Source: an uncultured Candidatus Melainabacteria bacterium
GTDB lineage: Bacteria; Cyanobacteriota; Vampirovibrionia; Gastranaerophilales; Gastranaerophilaceae
Direction: 5' to 3'
Assembly: GCA_947570135.1 (NCBI GenBank)
Contig: CANOTP010000003.1
Location: 88,197-152,196, forward strand
DNA length: 64,000 nt
Below, one piece after another: positions 1 to 7,698 of this stretch; position 1 is the first letter of the stretch, and every line of letters starts with the position of its first letter. Below the pieces are notes generated by a model that had not been told where the DNA came from, searched no databases, and worked only from the letters and a program-made list of their open reading frames with translations. The position numbers were made by a program, and so were the translations under genes.

Positions 1-378
1 TATCTGAACACCCAAAAGGAATACAATTGTTGCAATTGATACTTGTATAAGTAATTTAAATTTAGCACCGAGTCCGTAAACATCATCTATTAAGCCAAGC
101 AAAAACATTAATGAGCTGCCGAGAAGTATTCCTGACATAAGTTTTCCGTAAGGATAATAACTCATTAGTACCAAAAACAGAAAAGTAAGCATTGTACTTG
201 CCCATATTGCAACCCCGCCAATTCGCGAAATAGGTTTTGTATGGATTTTTCTTTCATTTGGAACATCGACAAGTCCTTCTTTTTTTGAAAAACTTATAAC
301 CATAGGAACTAGGAATACCCCGAAAATATAGGCTATTATCGTTCCGATTATGTGTGCATGTTGTAACTTAATAATGAT
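1..378 (-). CDS. Glycosyltransferase family 4 (MraY/WecA-like polyprenyl-phosphate sugar-1-phosphate transferase), N-terminal part; continues beyond window
   Basis: Own minus-strand translation (not in ORF track): ..HIIGTIIAYIFGVFLVPMVISFSKKEGLVDVPNERKIHTKPISRIGGVAIW..LGLIDDVYGLGAK.. The D.P..RK.H..P...GG and DD..GL motifs fit the family. The frame opens right after the glyA stop. There is no ATG/GTG/TTG before the first TM helix; ATC/ATT candidates lie at 370-378, downstream of AAGGAG. Confidence 0.55.
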   Translation of the reverse strand, partial: MIIKLQHAHIIGTIIAYIFGVFLVPMVISFSKKEGLVDVPNERKIHTKPISRIGGVAIWASTMLTFLFLVLMSYYPYGKLMSGILLGSSLMFLLGLIDDVYGLGAKFKLLIQVSIATIVFLLGVQI

Positions 379-390
379 GAGTATCTCCTT

Positions 391-1629
391 TTAACTGTAT
401 AAAGGGTGTTTTTTGCATAATTTGAGAGATCGTTCTTTCAAATTGTTCAGTGCAATTTCATTATCTGACGAAAATACCGCAGATGCAATAATTTTTGCAA
501 CTTCAATCATATCGTCTTCTTTGAATCCTCTTGTTGTAACAGCAGGTGTCCCAAGTCTTATACCGCTTGTTACAAACGGGCTTTGCGGGTCGTTAGGTAC
601 CGTGTTTTTATTGGCAGTAATTCCGACTCTTTCAAGAACATTTGCCATATCTTTACCTGTTTTACCCGTTTTTCTCAAATCAAGTGTCATAAGGTGGTTT
701 TCTGTCATTCCGCCGACGATATCCATGCCTTCATCCATTAAACCTTGAGCTAAAGCTTTGGCGTTTTTAACGATTTGCTGCGCGTATTCTTTAAACTCGG
801 GTTTTGAAGCTTCTAATAGTGCAACCGCTTTCCCTGCGATAATGTGTTCCAAAGGTCCGCCTTGAAGTCCGGGGAATACTGCTTTGTCTATTGCAAGGGC
901 GTGTTCTTCTTTACACATAATTATGCCGCCGCGAGGGCCGCGAAGTGATTTGTGGGTTGTTGTTGTAACAAAATCACAATATGGTGCAGGAGACGGATGA
1001 ATCCCTGCTGCTACAAGTCCCGCAATATGCGCGATATCTGCTAAAAGTAGTGCTCCGACTTCATCTGCAATTTCTTTGAACTTTTTAAAATCAATGATTT
1101 TTGCGTAGTTACTTGCTCCGCAAATAATAAGTTTCGGTTTATGTTCAAGTGCCATTTGACGGACATTTTCGTAATCAATTTCACCGTTTTCGTTTATTCC
1201 GTAACTTTTTACATCATAATAAAGTCCTGAGAAATTAACCGGAGAACCGTGAGAAAGGTGACCGCCGTTTGATAAATCCATACTTAAGATTCTGTCGCCC
1301 GGTTTTAATACAGCCATAAATACTGCCATATTGGCTTGCGCACCACTGTGAGGCTGAACATTGGCGTGATCCATGTGAAATAATTCGCATGCTCTTTTCT
1401 GAGTAATTTCTTCTATAACATCGATATGCTCACAGCCGTTATAGTATCTTTTATGCGGTTTGCCTTCTGCGTATTTATTTGTTAAAACGCTTCCGCATGC
1501 TTCCATTACGGCTAATGAGGTACAATTTTCGCTTGCAATAAGTTCAATGGTTTCCTGTTGGCGCTGTAGTTCTAATTCTATTTGTTCTGCCACTTGCGGG
1601 TCAGTTTGTTTTATATTTTCTAAATTCAT
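391..1629 (-). CDS. glyA: Serine hydroxymethyltransferase
   Basis: 412-aa ORF with full-length SHMT-like sequence, including the PLP-lysine region [14 protein letters not shown]. Confidence 0.97.
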   Translation of the reverse strand: MNLENIKQTDPQVAEQIELELQRQQETIELIASENCTSLAVMEACGSVLTNKYAEGKPHKRYYNGCEHIDVIEEITQKRACELFHMDHANVQPHSGAQANMAVFMAVLKPGDRILSMDLSNGGHLSHGSPVNFSGLYYDVKSYGINENGEIDYENVRQMALEHKPKLIICGASNYAKIIDFKKFKEIADEVGALLLADIAHIAGLVAAGIHPSPAPYCDFVTTTTHKSLRGPRGGIIMCKEEHALAIDKAVFPGLQGGPLEHIIAGKAVALLEASKPEFKEYAQQIVKNAKALAQGLMDEGMDIVGGMTENHLMTLDLRKTGKTGKDMANVLERVGITANKNTVPNDPQSPFVTSGIRLGTPAVTTRGFKEDDMIEVAKIIASAVFSSDNEIALNNLKERSLKLCKKHPLYS

Positions 1630-1696
1630 ACACTCTCCCTTTTTTATTATATTTAATTATATGTTTAAAACTGATTTGCGCAAGTTTGTAAACCTA

Positions 1697-2266
1697 TTAT
1701 TGACGGTATTGTTTTATCTCCTCAATAATATAGTCAACATCAGGGCTAAGCAGTAAATATTTGTGATTTTTAACATCTACTAAACAAACATTATTTATAC
1801 AAAGCTGAGCTGTTTCAACAAAGTCTTTAAGTTTTTGTTCTTCTTCTCCTGACGGTCCGCAGGTTTCGGTTTCATCAAGATATTTTTTATTTTTTAAAGC
1901 TATTTCTGTTGTATCTTCTTCCCAGTTTTCAAAAACTATTTTTTCAATATCAATATTTTCTTGTTCAAGTTTTTTCGTTAGGGCTTTATGAAATTCTTTA
2001 TTTCTGTGCTCAGAGCTGTTGTAAGTTACATAACTGTAGACAAGAACGGGTTTATCAGATTTATAAAGTTCCGTGTAGGTTTGATATTTTTTGGAAAGTT
2101 CTCTGATATTTTTCGGTAATTCTTTTTCTTTCGTATTATTAAGATAAATCGGCATTGTTCTGTTATGTATGAATTTTTGATGTTCATAATAATTCATTCC
2201 GATTGCGTTAATTACGATAACTGCCAGTACTGCGATTATGATTTTTTCAATCTTATCTAATTTCAT
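1697..2266 (-). CDS. Hypothetical membrane-anchored protein
   Basis: 189-aa ORF with an N-terminal hydrophobic helix (IIIAVLAVIVINAIGM). It overlaps the stop of the upstream nagZ-like gene by 14 nt, which suggests an operon. No family recognised. Confidence 0.5.
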   Translation of the reverse strand: MKLDKIEKIIIAVLAVIVINAIGMNYYEHQKFIHNRTMPIYLNNTKEKELPKNIRELSKKYQTYTELYKSDKPVLVYSYVTYNSSEHRNKEFHKALTKKLEQENIDIEKIVFENWEEDTTEIALKNKKYLDETETCGPSGEEEQKLKDFVETAQLCINNVCLVDVKNHKYLLLSPDVDYIIEEIKQYRQ

Positions 2267-3236
2267 ATATGCCTCTTGCCCTCTTTAATTCGATAATTTT
2301 TTGGTATGAACTTTCGATTTTGTTTTTCAGTTCATCATCTATTATAGCTTGTCGGTAAATTTTTTCAATAATGTTAATTGTTGTATCATTGGAATTTCTG
2401 TAGATAAACATGTTAACACCAGCATTTATTGCCATAAGACAGGCTTGTACTTCACCAAATTCGCTTACGCCTTTCATAATCATATCATCAGAAATTATTA
2501 CCCCCTTAAAATTAAGGTTGTGACGAAGATAATTTACGGCGTTTTTGCTTAAAGATGTCGGAATTTTTTCTTTTTCAAAACATGTGCAGTGAAGATGTGC
2601 TATCATAACCATATCAATTCCGTTTTCTATTGCGGATTTGAAGGGTTTTATATGATATTTTTCCATAACTTCAAGGGGTAAATTTATTTCAGGCAGGGTC
2701 AGGTGGCTGTCGGCGTTAGCGTCACCGTGCCCCGGGAAGTGTTTTACGCAAGGCAGAACTCCGTTTTTGAGATATGTTTTTGTTACAATTTTTTCGGCTT
2801 CAACAACTTCATCAGGGGATGATGAAAACGCGCGCTCACCGATTATCGGATTATTGGGATTTGTGTTTGTATCAATACAGGGGGCAAAGTTAAGGTTTAT
2901 GCCGTAATTTTTTAATTCCTGTGCGATTTGTTCGGTTTGGTTTTCTAAAAAAACTAAACCTTTTTCATAAGCAAATTTTGCTGACAGATATTTTTTGCCG
3001 TTATGGATATTTTCGGTACGTTCAACTCTTCCGCCTTCTTGGTCTATTGATAGAAACGGTGCGGTTCTGGCTTTACTTTTTATATCGTCAATCAAATGTT
3101 TAAACTGTTCGGGGCTTTGGATATCTTTTGTAAAAAAGATTATTCCGCCGAGGTTGTTTTGTAAGGCGGTTTTGTAATTCCCTCCCTCGGTGCCTAAGAT
3201 AAACATTTGGTATAGTTTTTCTTTTAAGTCTGTCAT
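2253..3236 (-). CDS. nagZ: Beta-N-acetylhexosaminidase, glycoside hydrolase family 3 (NagZ-like)
   Basis: 327-aa ORF with GH3 signatures: IDQEGGRV and KHFPGHGDANADSHLTLP. Confidence 0.85.
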   Translation of the reverse strand: MTDLKEKLYQMFILGTEGGNYKTALQNNLGGIIFFTKDIQSPEQFKHLIDDIKSKARTAPFLSIDQEGGRVERTENIHNGKKYLSAKFAYEKGLVFLENQTEQIAQELKNYGINLNFAPCIDTNTNPNNPIIGERAFSSSPDEVVEAEKIVTKTYLKNGVLPCVKHFPGHGDANADSHLTLPEINLPLEVMEKYHIKPFKSAIENGIDMVMIAHLHCTCFEKEKIPTSLSKNAVNYLRHNLNFKGVIISDDMIMKGVSEFGEVQACLMAINAGVNMFIYRNSNDTTINIIEKIYRQAIIDDELKNKIESSYQKIIELKRARGIYEIR

Positions 3237-3237
3237 T

Positions 3238-3831
3238 TTAACCCTTATAAATCAGTTCAAAACATTCGGTTAAATCAAGTAATTTGCCTGATTTTATTAC
3301 TTCCTGGATTTGTGTGTGGATTTTTTCGGCATCTTCTTTTGTCGGTACTTGAAGATTTTCAGGCAGTTTGATATCTAATGTTGTTCTTGTGTTAACAAAT
3401 CCTCGGTTAATGGTTAGAAATTCTTTATAAATTTCAAGAATTTTTATGTGAATCGGGTCTGTTTCGTAGTTTGAACTAAGGTAATATTTGGAATCTTTTT
3501 GAAGCTGCGCGAAATATTCGATAGAAAAATCGATTTCTTCAACGGCTTCCGCTTCATCATACTCACCGCCAAGACAAGGATTACCTTCAATTTTAGCATC
3601 TTCTGTTTTAATATATGCTGCCCAAAGAAGACTTCCGAGACAGAATCCGATGTTATTTTCTACCATTTTTACAATTTGCGGGTAGAATCTTTTGAATTGA
3701 GTTCTTCGCTGACCGAGATTTTTAAATTGATTAATTAATGAATACATGTATTCAAGATTAATTGATAAAATCGTTGTATGTTGTGCGTATCCCGGGTCAA
3801 AAAGGAATGTTTTTTCTTGTGTTTCTGTCAT
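3238..3831 (-). CDS. Hypothetical protein
   Basis: 197-aa ORF tightly packed in a same-strand gene string. No recognisable motif. Confidence 0.5.
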   Translation of the reverse strand: MTETQEKTFLFDPGYAQHTTILSINLEYMYSLINQFKNLGQRRTQFKRFYPQIVKMVENNIGFCLGSLLWAAYIKTEDAKIEGNPCLGGEYDEAEAVEEIDFSIEYFAQLQKDSKYYLSSNYETDPIHIKILEIYKEFLTINRGFVNTRTTLDIKLPENLQVPTKEDAEKIHTQIQEVIKSGKLLDLTECFELIYKG

Positions 3832-3832
3832 T

Positions 3833-5026
3833 TTATAATACCTCTGATTTTTTTGATTTCTTATTTAATACTTTATTTTGATATTCTTCATCATAGTAAA
3901 ATTTTGTTCCGTTGACAAAACTTTTAACAACATTTTTTGCAAACACGTTTCTTGCAGACCAGTATGAAGTGTGCGCAAAAAGTGCCGAACGCTTTGACCA
4001 GACGGCTGAGTTATCATAGATTACGCCTGTTGGGTTTTCTATTGTTAAATCAAGCCTTTCTTCAAGCTGTTTAATCGTAAGATTGTTGCTTGATGGGAAT
4101 CCTAAAGGGTCTTCTCTAAAGTTTACGGTCAAAAAGTAAATCCCGTTTTCAAGTACGTATTTTGTCATATATTTGTTATAAAAATTAAATTCGTAATTTT
4201 TATCAGCCATATCAGAGAAAAACAACGGAATCGGACTTGCAAAGTTTACTACACCCTTTACGCTTCCGACAGGCGCGCAGTATTTGTCTGTCATTTTGTC
4301 TGATTTCAGGTAATTTTCTTTAAGTTTTTCAATATTTTGGTTAAGTACAAGGTGTCCAGTATTTGTAAGAACACCGATATTCCCCTTATCGTGAGTTAAA
4401 GCTGACAGACAGGTGTCTTTTTGAGGGTTTTGTCTGACAAATTCCATAACATCGTCATCCGCTTTGAGTGCAGTGAATAATTTTTCAAGATTAATATACG
4501 GCAATTTGTACAGCAAATACTGATAAGTTACAAACGTTCCTGCCGAGTATCCCCAAAGGATTACTTTTTGTCCGTTTTTATCCTGAATTTTTACTCTTTC
4601 ATTCAACTCATCAAGAATCGGGAGCATATTGTGTGTTTTTTGAACCCAAATCGCGTCATGCATAAATTGGGTTAAAAGACTTCTAACTTCATAAGCTAAG
4701 GTTGAGCTGATTGCTTTTGAGATATTAAGTCGCTCTTTTACAAATTCTAAATCGGTTTTGCTGTCATAACCCCAGAAGAAAATTTGCGGAATATCTTCTA
4801 TGACAAGCTTATTATCATTTGACCATTTTTTTATTTGGGCGTTTTTCTCAAACTGTTTTTTTATGACGGGATGAAGCTTATTGACACCTTTTATGTACCA
4901 ATCGCGCATTTTTTTATCATTGTTGTTTGAGCCGTTGATATACATAAACGTAAGGTTAGCGTCTTGAGCAAATCCTGTCGGTACAGCCAAAAATAACATA
5001 AATAATATTAATAAAATCTTTTTCAT
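3833..5026 (-). CDS. Secreted protein with serine-hydrolase-like GxSxG motif (possible lipase/esterase)
   Basis: 397-aa ORF with an N-terminal signal peptide (MKKILLILFMLFLAVPTGFAQ) and a GYSAG nucleophile-elbow-like motif. An extended -10 (TGCTAAAAT on the minus strand, 5034-5042) lies 7 nt before the ATG. Confidence 0.5.
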   Translation of the reverse strand: MKKILLILFMLFLAVPTGFAQDANLTFMYINGSNNNDKKMRDWYIKGVNKLHPVIKKQFEKNAQIKKWSNDNKLVIEDIPQIFFWGYDSKTDLEFVKERLNISKAISSTLAYEVRSLLTQFMHDAIWVQKTHNMLPILDELNERVKIQDKNGQKVILWGYSAGTFVTYQYLLYKLPYINLEKLFTALKADDDVMEFVRQNPQKDTCLSALTHDKGNIGVLTNTGHLVLNQNIEKLKENYLKSDKMTDKYCAPVGSVKGVVNFASPIPLFFSDMADKNYEFNFYNKYMTKYVLENGIYFLTVNFREDPLGFPSSNNLTIKQLEERLDLTIENPTGVIYDNSAVWSKRSALFAHTSYWSARNVFAKNVVKSFVNGTKFYYDEEYQNKVLNKKSKKSEVL

Positions 5027-5051
5027 AATAAAGATTTTAGCATAATAATAT

Positions 5052-5777
5052 TTATTTTGCAGTTTTTAGAACATATCTTGCAGCCGCCGTTGCCGGTTCT
5101 GCTATTCCGTCATGAAGTCTGATTGGGTAAATATCGGTCATATGTTTTGCATCATTTTTTACTACACAAGAGTTTTCAGTAAGAGAATTTGAGCCTGATG
5201 AACAAGATACTTCTTTGTTTGGAAGAGAAGGTCCATTTACATCTATAAATGCCGTACAACCAATCAGTTCTCCGGCAGCGACATCTGTTTGTACTTTTCC
5301 AATTGAGAGTGTACAAGGGTAAGTTCCAAACATTTTTGCAAAAGCTATAATTGTCCCATCACTTAAAATGTATGCTTGAAATTTATCTGGTTCGCGTCCG
5401 GAGTAGGAAAGAAAATCACCCTTTATATATGAGTAATTTTGATTATTTTTGGTTTTTATATCTGTAATATTAGCGTAATGTGTTGCGGCTGTAAGTGTTC
5501 CGTTTATTAATGCGCAAACGGATTGGGTTGTTTCAGGGTTTTCATTTGCTGCATTTGCTCCGCATCTTTGAGAAACTCCTGCATAGTCAAACCCGTATTG
5601 GGCTTGTGACATTCTTGCGGCTTGAGATAGGGTTGATATTGATTTCTTGAATTTGGAACGATATTTTTGAGCATTTGTGTTTGCAATAAGGGTAGGGATA
5701 GTCATTGCGGCGACAACACCTATTATTCCAAGTGTTATCAATACTTCAGCCAATGTGAAACCGGTCTTAATTTTCAT
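5052..5777 (-). CDS. Prepilin-type N-terminal cleavage/methylation domain protein (type IV pilin/pseudopilin-like), tail subfamily A
   Basis: N-terminus MKIKTG/FTLAEVLITLGIIGVVAAMTIP is a class III signal with Glu at +5. An AGGAG RBS precedes it. The C-terminal tail ..YPIRLHDGIAEPATAAARYVL is shared with the remnant at 50016. Confidence 0.85.
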   Translation of the reverse strand: MKIKTGFTLAEVLITLGIIGVVAAMTIPTLIANTNAQKYRSKFKKSISTLSQAARMSQAQYGFDYAGVSQRCGANAANENPETTQSVCALINGTLTAATHYANITDIKTKNNQNYSYIKGDFLSYSGREPDKFQAYILSDGTIIAFAKMFGTYPCTLSIGKVQTDVAAGELIGCTAFIDVNGPSLPNKEVSCSSGSNSLTENSCVVKNDAKHMTDIYPIRLHDGIAEPATAAARYVLKTAK

Positions 5778-5828
5778 TATTATCTCCTATGTTAATTTAT
5801 TAAACAATATCTTTGCTTATAAGTCATG

Positions 5829-5857
5829 ATATTAGTCTAAAAATCAATATTTGTCAA
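5829..5857 (-). promoter_or_regulatory. Candidate sigma70-type promoter of pilin gene 5052-5777
   Basis: The minus strand reads TTGACA (5857-5852), a 17-nt spacer, then TAATAT (5834-5829). This predicts a ~50-nt leader with AGGAG before the ATG. Confidence 0.45.
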
Positions 5858-5879
5858 TCTGAACTTTTGTTAATCTAAA

Positions 5880-6098
5880 ATGTACAATATGATTAAAATA
5901 AGACTTAGAGAGTTAATGTGGGAGAAAAATATCTCAGCTGTTCAAATCCAGAAAGAAACAGGGATACATGCAGCAACGATTTCAAGAATTATAAACGGTA
6001 AACATAATAATCTCGGTTTGGATACTATAGATAGGTTATGTGAAGTTTTAGATTGCAAATTATCGGATTTGCTTATTTATGAGCGTGTTAACAAATAA
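5880..6098 (+). CDS. XRE/Cro-C1-type helix-turn-helix regulator, divergent partner of pilin 5052
   Basis: The 72-aa ORF (..ISAVQIQKETGIHAATISRIINGK..LDTIDRLCEVLDCKLSDLL) fits the HTH_XRE pattern. The true start may be ATG 5889, which sits 7 nt after a TAAAAT hexamer (5876-5881). Confidence 0.8.
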   Translation: MYNMIKIRLRELMWEKNISAVQIQKETGIHAATISRIINGKHNNLGLDTIDRLCEVLDCKLSDLLIYERVNK

Positions 6099-6119
6099 TT
6101 CTTGTGCTAAACTTTTGTT

Positions 6120-6767
6120 ATGAAGAAGTTTTTTGTAGATTTGTTAGACTGGATATACAAGAAGAAATGTTATTTTTGCAGGAGCTCAAAAGAATCCGTG
6201 AAAATGTGTTCAAAATGTTTTGACGAGTTGGAATTTTTGCCTGTCGGCCTTAACAGAAATCTTTGCGGAGGGATTAAAGTATACTGCGCGGGTGTTTATT
6301 CAAAAAATCTGCAAAAAATGATAAGAGGCTTAAAGTATCACGGTCAAAGAGATTTAGCTTATTATCAGGCAAAATTCATGTGGCAGTATTGGGAGCGTTT
6401 GGGGCTTGAGGGTGATTTTGTTATCGTTCCCGTGCCGATTTATCCTAAGCGTAAGAAGAAACGGAAATATAATCACATGGAGCTTGTTGCAACCGAATTT
6501 TCTAAAATTTCAGGTTACGAGGTTAATTTTGATTTAATTAAGCGTGTTAAAGACACAAAAGCACAGTATAACCTTAATAAGGCGCAGAGAATGCTGAATT
6601 TATCAAATGCGTTTGAGGTTGATAAGAGTAAATATCGGGGCGAAAAGATTTTAATACTTGATGATATTTGCACTACCGGTTCAACATTTGATGAAATGGT
6701 GAGAGAATTTAATAAGGCAGATGTTTGTGATATAACTTGTTTTGCGACAACAACACCATGGGAATAA
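6120..6767 (+). CDS. comFC: ComF family protein (ComFC-like phosphoribosyltransferase-domain competence protein)
   Basis: It has an N-terminal 4-Cys finger (CYFC..CSKC) and a C-terminal PRTase motif ILILDDICTTGSTF. Confidence 0.8.
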   Translation: MKKFFVDLLDWIYKKKCYFCRSSKESVKMCSKCFDELEFLPVGLNRNLCGGIKVYCAGVYSKNLQKMIRGLKYHGQRDLAYYQAKFMWQYWERLGLEGDFVIVPVPIYPKRKKKRKYNHMELVATEFSKISGYEVNFDLIKRVKDTKAQYNLNKAQRMLNLSNAFEVDKSKYRGEKILILDDICTTGSTFDEMVREFNKADVCDITCFATTTPWE

Positions 6768-6785
6768 GGGTAAAAATAAATTTTT

Positions 6786-7097
6786 ATGATAATTGCCGAA
6801 TTTTCAAAATATTTACAAGAACATAATGACGAGCTTTTAACTCGACAGACTACTCCGCTTAAGCTTCTGCACGAGTGGTTAAAATCTGTTATTAATAAAA
6901 ATCCGAAAAACAATATTGATAAAATTGTTCATAAAGAAATAATGTATGCGCAAAATGATAACGGAGATTATTTGATAGTCGGTAAATCCGACAGCGGAAG
7001 GGTTTTGGTGTCTGCGCTAATAAAATTTGCAAAAAGTTATGATAATTATAACCACGCAAAATGGATAGAGATGACCGAACAGAGTTTTAGGAGATAG
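6786..7097 (+). CDS. Hypothetical protein
   Basis: 103-aa ORF on the same strand, directly after comFC. No motif recognised. Confidence 0.4.
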   Translation: MIIAEFSKYLQEHNDELLTRQTTPLKLLHEWLKSVINKNPKNNIDKIVHKEIMYAQNDNGDYLIVGKSDSGRVLVSALIKFAKSYDNYNHAKWIEMTEQSFRR

Positions 7098-7102
7098 TTA
7101 GT

Positions 7103-7618
7103 TTGTTGAAAATTTCGTTAAGTTATATAGTCGGATTAATAGGATATTTAATTTTATGCGTGCTGTCTTTATTGATTTGTGCATTGCTTTCGTTTTGTAG
7201 TTTTGATATCCTTACGGGAATATTTTTACTACCCGTCATTGTTTTAATATATTTTACCGTTTATTCATCAGTTACAATTTTTTCAATAATATATGGGATG
7301 TTTTTATTAATTATTGAATCCTTGATAAATTTTATTAATTCTAAATTTAATAATAAAATTCAAAAAGTAATTTTGTGTACTATAATTTCTGCTTTTATAT
7401 TAACTGTGTGTTTATTACGAATCTTTGAATTATTGCCTATAACAAAAAATAACTTTTTGGTCGTCTGTCCTGTAATATATAGTGTTTTGCTTTTATTTTT
7501 GTTTAATAAATGTAAGTTTAAAGATTCTGTGAAAAAATGTATTGCAGTAATTTCATTGTTTTTATTTTGTATCTTGAGTATAGGTTGTGTGATGTGGTTA
7601 AGTAAGTTAATATCTTAA
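7103..7618 (+). CDS. Hypothetical polytopic membrane protein
   Basis: 171-aa ORF with about five hydrophobic segments and a non-ATG start in the track. Confidence 0.5.
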   Translation: MLKISLSYIVGLIGYLILCVLSLLICALLSFCSFDILTGIFLLPVIVLIYFTVYSSVTIFSIIYGMFLLIIESLINFINSKFNNKIQKVILCTIISAFILTVCLLRIFELLPITKNNFLVVCPVIYSVLLLFLFNKCKFKDSVKKCIAVISLFLFCILSIGCVMWLSKLIS

Positions 7619-7698
7619 CCTCATGTTAAGATATTAGGCATATTTAATATGTTTATGCTATACTTTTATTAAAGGAGTATAGACTGGAGGGAAGAGGA

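Noticed and set aside
413-748. Many 60-190-aa ORFs in the track lie antisense to, or nested within, large conserved genes. Examples: 413-748, 1460-1756, 8073-8345, 8571-8915, 12847-13056, 15017-15550, 22593-22937, 30037-31063, 40025-42714, 44110-44538 and 51340-51895.
   Set aside because: Each lies entirely inside, and opposite to, a long ORF with clear family motifs. Their sequences are low-complexity or Cys/Arg/Phe/Ser-skewed, as expected from reverse-complement reading of real genes. None has an RBS or independent support.
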